A stretch of 64,000 bases of DNA from Eledone cirrhosa. Its lineage: Eukaryota. A program made the position numbers and the translations under genes. This document shows positions 41,345-53,938 of this stretch, one piece after another. The notes under the pieces are model-generated. The model was not told the DNA's origin. It saw only the letters and a program-made list of their open reading frames with translations, and searched no databases. The stretch covers positions 259,284,001 to 259,348,000 of the forward strand of contig OZ024740.1 in NCBI GenBank assembly GCA_964016885.1, in the 5' to 3' direction. Positions within the stretch are counted from its first letter, which is position 1, and every line of letters starts with the position of its first letter.

Positions 41345-41769
41345 AGACAATGAAATGATAGAACCGCTGATTATGATGGCACCAAAGTTCTGTGAAATCA
41401 TTTTCCTAAACTCTTCTGTAGAAGGAAAATACACGTTGTTTTGTTTGGCAAGAGGAAGGCGGCAGCAGCAGTAGAGAAGGAAAAGGAATGTCTGCAGAAA
41501 TGGTAGTGCCAAAACTGCAAATCATACCTCAGACCCAGTTATAATTGATGAGTAACAGATCAGTTTCTGTGATTGATCTATCGATAACTTAGCTAACATT
41601 ATCATTATTCATAGAACTTCTACAAGTTCTCTTCCATCCGTATATTCTATCAACATTCATATATATATATGTGTGTGTGCGTGTGTGTGTGTGTGTAGAT
41701 ATATGTATATATATTGTGTGTATGTATGAATATGTGTGTGCGTGTGTGTATATATGGAGAGAATGATGA

Positions 41770-41809
<40 letters not shown>

Positions 41810-41942
41810 GTGCATCTATAGCATACATTCATACACTGCATTAATTTATATATAATTTATATAATATATATATATATATAATATATATATATATGTATAT
41901 AAATATTTATATGTATTATTATATGTATACAAATATATATAC

Positions 41943-42050
<108 letters not shown>

Positions 42051-42095
42051 GAATATTTATATAAATATACAAATATGTTCACATGTATGTATCTA

Positions 42096-42131
<36 letters not shown>

Positions 42132-42329
42132 GTTTTCTTTATTAACCACAAGGGTTTACATAAAGTAGACAATAAGGACAGTACAGGACAATACAGGACG
42201 GTACAAATGGGCATTTCTGCGTGTAAAAAAACAGAGGATGTAATAAAATAACAAAGAAAAATTCCCCAATAGGGGGGGGGGAGACTTCCGAGGGACATTT
42301 GTGGAGAAAGCCCATTAAAAGACCAGTGA

Positions 42330-45300
42330 CCCTGACCACCAGGGCAAGTGCCCTCTCCCAGTTTTCCACCTTTAATTTACAGACACATACTCAGAGAAGG
42401 CCCATTCATTCGGGCCATACTTGCTTCTCTCACCCATCTTTCAACAAAATGCTGGGAAGAGAGCACTTCCCTCTCTACCCTGATTTTCCTTTTCAAATAA
42501 AATTTGAAAAAGTTAATCCGGGCATCACCGAAGAGGTAAGTAAGTGCTCGTCTTCAGCCCTTTCAAACGTGTCCACCATACTATCTCTTTCGCCATGGCC
42601 ACCAGACAGATAAAAACTGCCTGCCCTTCCCGGCTAAAGGAAGAGGGCAGGGCAATCCTCACGATGGACTCAGCTGATAACTGGATCCGTCCTACACGTG
42701 ACAGCAGGTGTTCGACATAAACCCACAAGTCAGCAATGCTCGGACACTGGACGAGTGCGTGCAGGACGGTTTCGTCGCCCTCTGCGCATCTCGGACATGC
42801 CCGGCTAACGGCACCTCCATGCCTGTAGAGTTTATCCCGAACTGGCAAAGCTCCCCGGTAGCACTGCCAGGCCAGGGATTTCTGGAAGTTGTCCATAGGC
42901 CCCGGCCCGAAAGTCCTTCCGAAGAGATTGGCTAGTTGATTTTCGTCGACGCCCAGAGTTTCTCCAAGTACGTCGTCGCTCTTCCCCTCCACTAATCCCC
43001 TATAGAACGCCAAGGTGGAGTTTCCACCGATCACATTGCCCGATTGGTCGAGGGCTGTGAGCGCCTGAAGACATTCCAGTCTCCAAGCGCTCCCTCTCGG
43101 TCTTCGCTTGACCCAGGACTGCAGCTCCGTCAAGGAGACGAGCTGGGGAAAAACGTGTCTAGCAAACGGCGACCACACCTGATCACCGTCGAGGAAGAGG
43201 TGGAGATGTCGTAGCCTGAGCGCGTGTCTGCGCATCATCAGCCACGGCATGCCCAGCCCTCCACGTAGCGGGTGTTGACAGCAGATGTACCGCTTGACCA
43301 TCGGAGCGCGTCCCTTCCACAAAAAGCGAAAGAGCAAACGCTCCAGCGCAGTCAGGCGGGGCTTAGGACAAGGTACGATGGTCATGCGGTAGCAGATGAC
43401 AGACGCGATGTACACGTTAGCCACCTCTGCTCAACCTTTCAGGGATAGCTTCCTCCCGCCCATTTCTGGGTGAGAGAAGCCACCCTGCTCGTCACCTCGT
43501 CCCAGTTTTTGTCCGTCTGGAGGTCCGGACCGAACCAGACCCCTAGCAATTTAACCGGTCCGTCCGTCCAGCGTCCGACGACGCTGTTGGACGGCATGGA
43601 CCGGCCTCTCCAGGTGCCGAGCTGCAGGCCCACTGACTTTTCCTGGTTGATCATTGCTCCTGTCACCGCTTCGTATTCTCTTCGTGTAGTGCCGATCGCC
43701 TCGATGTGTTTGGCGTTCGACACCACTACGGTGACATCGTCCGCATATGCTGACACGGATCTTCCGCATCCTAGTTCGCGCGGGACGCCCCTCAACGTCT
43801 CCAGTTTGTGCAGTAATGGCTCGAGAGTCAATACGTACAAGAGGGACGAGAGGGGACATCCTTGGCGGACCGAGCGCATGATGTTGAACGGTTCCGAAAG
43901 GTGACCGTTCACTCTCACCACAGAGCAGATGTCGCTGTGCATGGCAGAGATCCAGCCTCTGAAGACGGGCCCAAAGCCAGCCGCCCTCAGGACTGCCGCT
44001 AGGTAACGATGGTCGACCCTATCGAAAGCTTTCGACTGATCTAAATTGATCAAGGACCCACCCGTGCCAGGTTCCCTAGCTACCTTCTCTACGATGTATC
44101 GCATGAGGTGGAGGTTGTCGTGGATGGATCTGTCGGGAATGGCGCATGTCTGCGCCTCTCCCACCAGAACACCAACGACAAGCGCCAACCTCTTTGCTAG
44201 CACCTTGGCCAAAATCTTGAACTCTGTGTTTAGCAGAGTTATGGGCCTGAAATTATCTATGTTATCCCCCTTGTTCGGATCCTTTCTCAGCAGTGCCACC
44301 GCTCCTCGGCTCACAGAGCTGGGAATTCTCCCGTTCTGTTGCCAGTTGCAGTAGACGTCCGCCAAGAGGCCTCCGAACAAGTCTGGCATCTGTACGTAAA
44401 GTTCATAGGGCAAACCATCCAAACCAGGCGATTTACCCCTTGTGCAGCCAGTCATTGCCTCCCGTACTTCAGCGGCTGTTATCGGCTTTTCGCAACACTC
44501 CGCCTCAGTGACCGAGAGACGCGGCAGTCCGTCGAGGTAGACACTAAAGTCCATCCCTCGACCCGGCCCACCGCTGCCCTCGAACAGCTGAGCGAAGTGT
44601 CGCTGAAAAGCTTCACACATTTGCCCGGGATCGAGTAACATGCGCCCGTCGTGGTCCACCAAAGACCGGATCGTGGCTTTGTTGCCACGACGCGCCTCCG
44701 CCACTCGGGCCCATTGAACGGCTTTCGTCCCCTCGTGTCTGAGAGCACGCACCCTAGCTCTGACAACGCAGCCTTCGCGCTTTGCATTGGAGAATTGGTC
44801 AAGGACCAATTTCGCCGCAAGCACGTCGGTCGCGATGCCTTTGCTAAGCGCCTCGTCTAATTTTCTAACTAGTTCTCCATCTGCTCTATTTTTCTCTATT
44901 GCTAAAGCCTTACTAAACCTAATGGACTCTATTCTAATCGCTCTTTTCAGAGCAAACCACCACTTGTTGTTGACGATGGTCCCCGTCAACGCCCGCTTAA
45001 CTAGTTCGCTAATCCGGTCTCTGTAGGCCTTGCGCGCTGGTAAGGACGCGTTTAGCTTCCAGTAGCCGGGTCCTCGTCTATGAAGCCTATCTAAGTCAAG
45101 CACACAGATCACGAATTTGTGGTCCGTGTAGCTGACTATCTTGAATTGTGGACAGCCTATGTTAGACCTATCTATTTCCCTACAAAATACTCTATCTAGA
45201 TATGATCTGGATGACCCTATTCGATTTGTCCAAGTCCACATTGGCACATTCGGGAAATCCAATCGGTACCTGTCAGACAGTTCAAAACGCCTGAGCAGGT

Positions 45301-45805
45301 TGGTGAGGCTCTTGCACCCTCCACCCCTATCCGCTAATCCCACACAGTCCCAGCGTGCATCTAAGATCCCGTTCCAGTCGCCCACTAACACTAAAGAGCG
45401 GGACATTCCAAGAAAGGTCTCCAGACGCCGGAAGAAATCAGGCCGCCCTGCTCCTGTCGGTGCATAGACGGCCACTAGCCTGAAAGCTTGCCCGTCTCCG
45501 CTGGTCACGTCCAGCACCACCAACTTACACTCTGGGTCCAGGAAATGGCCCGTATGGCGAGATCCAAACCTCTCCGGAAAAGCACAGCAACTCCCCCCCC
45601 CCCCCCCCGATCCAGGACGGCTGGGTGATGCGTACACATCGTAGCCGCCGAAGATCGGTGCGAAGGCCCGTGCTTCGGAGATTCTGGCCTCGCTGATGGC
45701 CACTACATCTATGTTTAGTGACCTGAGGTCGTTGAGCAGGTGACCCTGCTTCCATGACGAACCCAAGCCACGCGCATTTATGCTGCCTATTCTGAGTGAG
45801 GTCAT
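42330..45805 (-). pseudogene. ORF2: apurinic-type endonuclease, reverse transcriptase and C-terminal zinc finger; a few frameshifts
   Basis: SINARGL, VYAP, GDWN, TDHK, PGLDGLP, RPITLLN, DQSKAFD, QGCPLS, AYADD, GGLG, CPRC..ET..H. Frameshifts near 45600/45555, 43445 and 42535. Confidence 0.92.
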
Positions 45806-45839
45806 GTTTAAAATGGAGTGGAAAAGATGGGAAAGACCA

Positions 45840-47505
45840 CTTACCGTACTTTTCGTAGAGGAAGGATGGTTTCTCCATCCCTTTTCACTTGATAGTCTGG
45901 TGAAGGGACCCTTCGGCTGGTCGTCCCTTCGGCTGGTCGTCGGCTCTTCTATGAGTATGTCCGAATATACTCTCCGGTTGAGAGTCCCTCCTAGGTCTCT
46001 GAAATCACCAACTGCTTTGGGGAATTTCGTTTTAATGTTTGTGTATTGTTTCTGTGCTATTTTTACCAGTCTTATGTTCGTTGGCGTTTTGATTGGTGCT
46101 GGTATTATGTAGTCGTGCTGTGAAATGTCTGTGTTCAATTATGTAAGTCATTAGTTTCTTGTTGTGTGTATTTATTGCCGTGCATTTGTTTTTCTGGGGG
46201 TGGGGTGTGGTTCTGCTATTTTCTTGTCGTTGTTGCTGGGTGTGTGTGTTTTGTTGTTGTGTTTGCGATGTTGGTGCTTGTGGTGGTGGTGGTTTTGAAG
46301 GTGTTGTTGTTGGTGGTGGTGGGGTTGTCGCCGGTGGTGATGGTGGTGCTAGTGTGGGTGGTATGATGTTGGTTGTGTTGCTGCTGTGAGTCTCTTTGCA
46401 GTAGCCTTTACCCTTTTTTCATTTCTTTCCTCCCTTTTCGAAGGCGACGATGCGCTGCTTCTGCGTTTGTGCCTTCTTACGACCTTTTGCCATCCCTCTC
46501 CCACCTCACACTACATGTCTGATTGTGTGAGGTCGGGGAGGGGTACCAACTCCACTCTTTCACTTGTTGTTGTTGGTGATGTTTGCAGTGGAGTCTCTGT
46601 TGCAGCTGCATTTGGTATTACTGTTGTTGTTGTTAATACTTCCACTGCTGCTGCTGTTCTTGATTTCCGTGGCGTGGGTATTGGTGCCACGGACCTATCG
46701 TTCCTGGTTGCCGCTTGTCCTGTTGTTGGTAGCCGTGGAGCCGGTTTCGGAAGGAGGGGGGTTTTCTCCTTTCTCAGGGTCTTCTCGTTGCAGAAGGCCC
46801 TGAGGTGAGTCTTCGATCCATAGCGAAAGCATTTCGGGCGTTTGCCCTCAACACTTATGGGCAGTTGAGTGCCGTTATCGAAGTCTATCACATCCGGGAT
46901 AGCTTCGATGCACTCCTGGTTGGTTTGGATTAACATCTCAATGGAGGTGCCGACCCAATCTTCTCTTACTTTTTTCTGTACTTGCAGAACAGTTGTTTTG
47001 TCCTCGATTCCGACGAGGACAGACGCGGCCAGCCAAGAAGGGGCCATTCCAGAGGGAACCAACACCATTTCCTCGCTCCTTAGAGTCACTAAGGATTGAG
47101 CCTTTGCCGCCTGGGATGTGGCAAAAAACACGTCTACGGTGGCATATTTCTTGCCTCGGGTGATATGCGTTTTCCGCTGCCACACAGACCCTAAGGCTTT
47201 TTGTATTTGAGCCTCTGTGGCTCTTTCAACCCTATGTGACCGTACAGTGCTGTTGGGTTTCGAAAAGTTTTTCGGCTGCCTTGCAGATTGCTCGGTGTCC
47301 GGTTTTCGTCACCATCTTCTTCGCTTCCTGTAATTCCTCATTTGTTATGAGGATGGTTTCCAGGTTCTTTGCGATACCTGCAAACGAGATTGGTTTTTCT
47401 TTGCTGCTGTTGTTGTTGCTGATGTTGTCGTCAGAGCTGCTGTTACTTTTGTTGTTGCTGCAGGTACTACGACTACTGCCGCCGCCGCTGTTGCTGTGGT
47501 TGTTG

Positions 47506-47556
<51 letters not shown>

Positions 47557-47930
47557 TTTTTGCTGTTGCTGCTAATGCTGTTGTTGTTTATGCTGCTGCT
47601 GATGCTGTTGCGGCTGCTACTGTTGTTTTCCTTGTCACTGTTGCTGCTGCTGCTGTTATTACGGCTGCTACTGCTATTATTCATGACGTCAGACGAATGA
47701 AATGGGTTTTCTTATTTCCCGCACACCTTTTTCGTCGTTGTGGAGAAATTTTGCACGCTCTGCACGTGAATTTTCTTTTTTGGCGTCGCTTGCGAAAGAG
47801 AAGGGAGGGAGAGAGACACATTTAGAGAAGGGAGGGAGAGAGACAATCTTCCCTCTGCTGTAGTGACGATTGAGGAAGAAGAAGACGGAATGAGTGGGAG
47901 TGACCTATGAAAATTCTTTTTCGTAGCCAT
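45840..47930 (-). pseudogene. ORF1 (gag-like) with poly-Ser/Asn tract and degenerate CCHC knuckle
   Basis: MATKK start at 47930; SFAGIAK; EGKRPKCFRYGSKTHLRAFC. Interrupted by stops and a frameshift; the 3' end is approximate. Confidence 0.7.
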
Positions 47931-48824
47931 GTTTTTTTTTTGTTTAAAATAAATATTGGGCACAAAACCCCAATAAGCGGTTATTTAACCCCGAAGGCCC
48001 AAATAACGGGCAGAAAGACCCCTCTCACAAGGAGGAGGGTGTTTTTGTCTACAATTTGGTTAAAGTTTTAAACAATTTACAATTGTTGTAGCGGTCAAAA
48101 TTTACAATACCTTACAGAGCCGAGCCTCCGTCAACCATAGCATTCAATAATAATAATAATAATAATAATAAGTTAAAATAATAAGTTATGCACTAACATA
48201 AGGTTTCCCTGCGAGTACCAGTCTCATCTCAGCGTACTCAATAGGTAAGGTTATGTCTAAATCCCAGAGTAGACACAAAGTTATTTGCCTCAATACAACA
48301 CACGTAGATGGGTACCATAACTCTATTCTCGTACTCGAGTTTTGGCCACACTTGATGCAGCGAGGGAGCGTACAGCATCTACTGTCTACATTTATTATGC
48401 AATAATGCACAATCGGCGTATGTGGCTTCATCAGCGGCTCTCGCCTAATCAATAACCAATCGATCGACAGAATTCAGTAAAGGCGACAGGCGACACAGTA
48501 GTACGTTAGTAACTGAAATCCCTAAGCTTCATCAAAACACCGTCATTCGATTGGACACTGGTTCAGAGATTTAGGGGATGGCTAAGAGTTGAGATTCTAT
48601 GCTTCAGCCCCTCTATAAGAACTCACCAATATATCTCAAGTCAAACACAAATTAACAAGTGATTGAAAACGTCGGTTACAATAACATGTACAATAGCATG
48701 GTAGCATTCGGCTCCAGCCTCCAAGTACCATGGAGAATACGGTGCGACAGTAAACAATGGTAGTACCTAAAACCTTTCCGGACATTAAATACCAACAGGC
48801 AATATATATATATACAAATATTTG

Positions 48825-49011
<187 letters not shown>

Positions 49012-49034
49012 TTATATTTATATACATATATTTA

Positions 49035-49070
<36 letters not shown>

Positions 49071-49179
49071 AATTTATATATAGTGTTAGGAAGTAAAGCG
49101 ACACAAATAAGAGATGGACAATTTCCCTTCGTCAGTTGTCTACTACTGATCACAGATATTTCAGCGCATTATAGACAAA

Positions 49180-49365
49180 ACGATGGATTGGCAGTATCGG
49201 TAGAGGGTCGGACGCCATGCTTTCCAGCATAGTTACGTCCCTTTACGATCTGAGTTCAAATTCCGCCGAGGTTGACTTTGCCTTTCATCCTTACGGGGTC
49301 GATAAAATAAAGTACCAGTAACGCATTGGGTAATTGCTGGCCTTGTGCCTAAAGTAGAAACAATT
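49180..49365 (+). mobile_element. SINE family A copy with 11-bp TSD
   Basis: ATTATAGACAA at 49168-49178 and 49363-49373. Confidence 0.85.
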
Positions 49366-49826
49366 ATAGACAATACATCTATCCGTAGCGCACGCTTAGC
49401 CTTTTATCTATCAAAAAACCATGAGGGAAAGAAGTGATAGCGAAGAGAGAGAAAGAAAGGAAAAAAGGAGAAAAAAAAGAAAAGTAGGAAAAAAAGAAGA
49501 AAACATACATTTAGAAGGGGGAAACAATACAATGACACATGTAAGTAAGTAACCGAGAAGAAATAAGACCAAGTTTTAAAAAAGCCGTTGAGTTTAAGCC
49601 AGTTATTCTGACGGGAGCAGCAGCAGCAGTAGACGACATGGCAGCGGAAGTATCAACAGAAAGTATCCTTTCTCTCCTGTTGAATATGTAGTTATATCTT
49701 AACCCGACTTTTTACTATATTCAGCTGTTAACGGCTACTCTTGGCGCTGAGAATCTTACAATTTTATGAAAATTCATATACACTTGTTGCTCCTTTTCAA
49801 TTTATGTTTACACACACACACACACC

Positions 49827-49904
<78 letters not shown>

Positions 49905-49978
49905 AATACATATACACAAATATATATATTTATATATATATATATACACACATATATTGCTCCTTTTCAATTTGTTTT

Positions 49979-50036
<58 letters not shown>

Positions 50037-50037
50037 T

Positions 50038-50255
50038 GAAGGCGTGTGGCTGAGTGGTTAGAGAATTGGATTCACAATCGTAAGGTTGTGAGTTCGATTC
50101 CTGGACCAGGCGATGCGTTATGTCCTTGAGCAAGACACTTTATTTCACGTTGCTCCTTCTACCTGGAGTTGCGACCGATAGATAGTATTAGCAATTGGAA
50201 AGACCAACGGAAACATTGTTCCCTCGGTCCAATTTGACGAAAGTCGATCGTTCCT
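50038..50255 (+). mobile_element. SINE family B copy
   Basis: A box TGGCTGAGTGG and B box GAGTTCGATTC, followed by a non-tRNA body. Confidence 0.85.
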
Positions 50256-50420
50256 TAATATATATATATATACACACAAATACATATATATTTATATATA
50301 TATATACACACAAATATATATATATTTATATATATATATACACACAATTACATATACACAAATATATATATATTTATATATATATATACACACATATATT
50401 GCTCCTTTTCAATTTGTTTT

Positions 50421-50466
<46 letters not shown>

Positions 50467-50482
50467 TATACACAAATATATA

Positions 50483-50552
<70 letters not shown>

Positions 50553-50599
50553 AATATATATACACAAATATACAAATATATATATATATATATATATGT

Positions 50600-50638
<39 letters not shown>

Positions 50639-50769
50639 AATCTACCAAAATAAACGGTAGTGTCCAATCCGTATGAAGAACTCAATGTAATCCAAATATA
50701 GAAGATATCATGAAAAGAGAAAATGCATTCAAAATTTAACGATAAAAATTATAGGAAAACAGAGTCAAG

Positions 50770-51188
50770 ATAAATTAATAAAAACAATGAAATAAAAACA
50801 AAGAACAGGTTCCTTATATTGAAAGAATCATCATTTTACGATCGTTTCTGGGATATATATGTGTGTGTTGGTATGTATATCATATTAAAGATCTATATAA
50901 AAAAATATTACAAATTATCAGAAGAGATCTACATACCTTCACTTATATATGCCATCTTATGAAGAGATCTACATACCTTCACTTATGTATGCCATCTTAT
51001 GAAGAGATCTACATACCTTCACTTATATATGCCATATTATGGCATATATAAGTGAAGGTATGTAGATCTTTAATATGATATACATACCAACACACACATA
51101 TATATCCCAGAAACGATCGTAAAATGATGATTCTTTCAATATAAGGAACCTGTTCTTTGTTTTTATTTCATTGTTTTTATTAATTTAT
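50770..51188. repeat. Foldback of hammerhead-bearing pLTR ends with an internal 40-bp tandem repeat
   Basis: 50770-50895 is the reverse complement of 51063-51188. GAAGAGATCTACATACCTTCACTTAT.TATGCCAT occurs three times, followed by one inverted unit. Confidence 0.9.
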
Positions 51189-51202
51189 ATATATATATAT
51201 AG

Positions 51203-51550
51203 GGTAAAGGGTAAAGACCCTTTCCATTGGTCACGAATGACCATGGGATTTGCACCTAGAAAGTTTCCCTCCGAAGTACAACTCCGGTTAAGTTTGTTTG
51301 TGGAAGACCAGCAGGCACCCATGCATACCAGACTCCCCTCTCCACGCCACCGATATTGTCCAAGTGAAAGGCCAAGACCAATACAGCTTTGTACCAGTGA
51401 CGTCGCAACTCATTTCTACAGCTAAGGAAACTGGAGCCACGTGAAATAAAGTGTCTTGCTCAAGAATACAACACAAAGCCTGGTCCGAAAATCGTACTCA
51501 CAACTTCGCGATTGTAAGCCATTCTCAAACCACTAAGCCATGCGCCTTCA
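51203..51550 (-). mobile_element. SINE family B, full length with (TTTACCC) tail
   Basis: The head ends GCCATGCGCCTTCA at 51550; tail GGTAAAGGGTAAAGAC at 51203. Confidence 0.85.
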
Positions 51551-51589
51551 TTCGCTTAACGAGTGGAGTGGGGCTCGTCAAATCGGATA

Positions 51590-51755
51590 TTTCCATGGGT
51601 CTTTCCAATATTAATACTATCTGTCGGTCGCAAATCCAGGCAGAAGGAGCAACATAAAATAAAATGTCTTGCTCAAGGACATAACGCACCGCCCGGTCCT
51701 TGAATCGAAATCACAACCTCACGATAGCGAATCCAATTCTCTAACCATTCAGCCA
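51590..51755 (-). mobile_element. SINE family B, alternative-tail subfamily
   Basis: Diverged reverse complement of 50045-50215. Confidence 0.75.
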
Positions 51756-51817
51756 GTGTATGTATGTGTGTTTATATATATATATATGTGTGTGTGTACT
51801 AGTGTGTATGAGTGTAT

Positions 51818-51884
<67 letters not shown>

Positions 51885-52187
51885 TACACACATACACACA
51901 TACAAATAAATACAAATAGAGCAGTGTGTAATAAAATTATCGTAAAACAATTTAAACTGAGTTGACACAAACGACAAGCAGACGCCACTCTTGTAACAAT
52001 GTACAAGAATCTAGCGTACTGTGCCACATTGTATCATACTGTAATGTACTGTGTTGTAGTTTTGGAGAAACAAATTTCTCTCCAAGTCCAACTTAGATAA
52101 CTTACTTTGGTTTCTCTGATAAGAGCAGACGATCTATAGAAGAAACAGACAAACACACAAAACATAAAGGTATTTGTATATGTATGG

Positions 52188-52308
<121 letters not shown>

Positions 52309-52499
52309 TGTCTGTATGTGGTGCATATATATACATACAGCACATACATACATACAGACACACACACACATATATATATATTTATGCATATATATATATA
52401 TATATACATGTACATACATATATGTATGTTGGCTGCCAACTCGTTTTCGAGTACGGCCACTACTTTATATCCATGTAGGAGAACCCCTACCGATGAGCT

Positions 52500-53028
52500 G
52501 AACAAGTGTGACTTTTTAGTCCAGCCAGCGACTTAAAAACTCTGGTACAATCACTACACCTGTGACAATTATTGAGACATAGTTCTGGGCCCATTGTACC
52601 ATGTGACGACAAGTGCAGAGAGATCTCCAGATATAAAGCAATGCCTGTGCTGTGAAGCTTTTATAGTGAGCAAAGGCACTGCACAAAGCCAGTCCCACTC
52701 TCTTAACCAAGATGATATTTACCAAAAAGAAGAACAAGTCAACATCATTGGATACCATCAGGGTTGCAGGTGTTATATCAGAGTTTTCCTTCTCCTAGAA
52801 TTCTGCCTTGACAAAGGCTAAGGGGTCATCTCTCCCGGTGATTTTGGATGGCCATTGACTCTTAAGAGCTGCTTTGCCCTTTGACAGGTTTTGTTTTTAG
52901 TCCTGCAGGATGTCCAAAGTCACCCTCCTCACCAAGAAACCTTGGTAGGGTTGCCAGTTTAGTCGCCAACGACCCGACCATGAGACAGGTTGTACATGTT
53001 ACCAGTAGCACCAACTGGTGTCCTGACA
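52500..53028 (-). mobile_element. Repeat family X copy
   Basis: 52655-53028 is near-identical to 22315-22698. Confidence 0.75.
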
Positions 53029-53055
53029 TATATGTATACATACGTATATACATAC

Positions 53056-53128
<73 letters not shown>

Positions 53129-53149
53129 CAAACATATATACATACATAC

Positions 53150-53246
<97 letters not shown>

Positions 53247-53394
53247 TACATACATATATGATGGCTGCAGCTCCATTTCGAGTAATGCCATCACTTGATA
53301 CTTAAGAATGAGCATCACGGACGTAGCTTCCTAGTCCTGCTAGGGACACGCCTATGCCCAGCAATGCCATGCATCGCAAAAAATGTCACATTTC

Positions 53395-53785
53395 AAGCGA
53401 TGCCTGTGCTTGAAGCTTTTTTTAAGTGAGGATGTTTTACACAGGGACAATCCCACTCTCTGAATCTCTGAACATCTAAAAGAACTGGTCTACATCATTG
53501 GATGCAAACGAAGTCGGGGGTCTTATATCAGAGTGACCTTCTCCTAGAGAGATGTCTTAATGAAGACTAGGAGTCCCTCGCTCCACAAAATTAAAAAATA
53601 ATTATTGGATGGCCGTTGACTCTCCTGACTTTCTCCGCCCTTTAACGGGTTTTGTTTTCATCCCACAGGGTGTCCAAAATCACCTTCCTCACCAAGCAGC
53701 TTGGTGGGGTTACCGGTTTAGTCACCGACCGTGCACAGGTTGTACTGGATTACATGTTACCAGTAGCATTGAAGAGCGACCTAAC
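53395..53785 (-). mobile_element. Repeat family X, diverged copy
   Basis: Colinear motifs TTGGATGGCCGTTGACTCT...CACCAAG..CTTGGTGGGGTT...TTACCAGTAGCA. Confidence 0.7.
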
Positions 53786-53899
53786 ATAAACATAAACATA
53801 CATATGTACATACATATATACATGCATACATATATACATACATGCATATATACATATATACCTACACACACACACACACACAAACACACACGCACACAA

Positions 53900-53937
<38 letters not shown>

Positions 53938-53938
<1 letters not shown>

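Larger units (their letters stand above)
42135..48146 (-). mobile_element. Near full-length L1/Tx1-type LINE (~6.0 kb) flanked by (AAT)n
   Basis: 5' UTR, ORF1, ORF2 (APE-RT-zinc finger) and a 3' UTR with AATAAA. (AAT)n at 42103-42131 and 48146-48171. Confidence 0.92.

Noticed and set aside
45806-46138. 111-aa N-terminal extension of the 899-aa ORF
   Set aside because: The endonuclease begins at MTSLRIG (45805). The upstream part is probably the ORF1 tail or spacer read in frame from a non-ATG start.
47236-47825. Poly-Leu and poly-Ala ORFs on the plus strand
   Set aside because: These are antisense readings of the triplet tract in LINE ORF1.
50038-50112. tRNA-like sequence with A and B boxes
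   Set aside because: It continues into a SINE body and has diverged copies elsewhere, so it is a SINE head rather than a tRNA gene.
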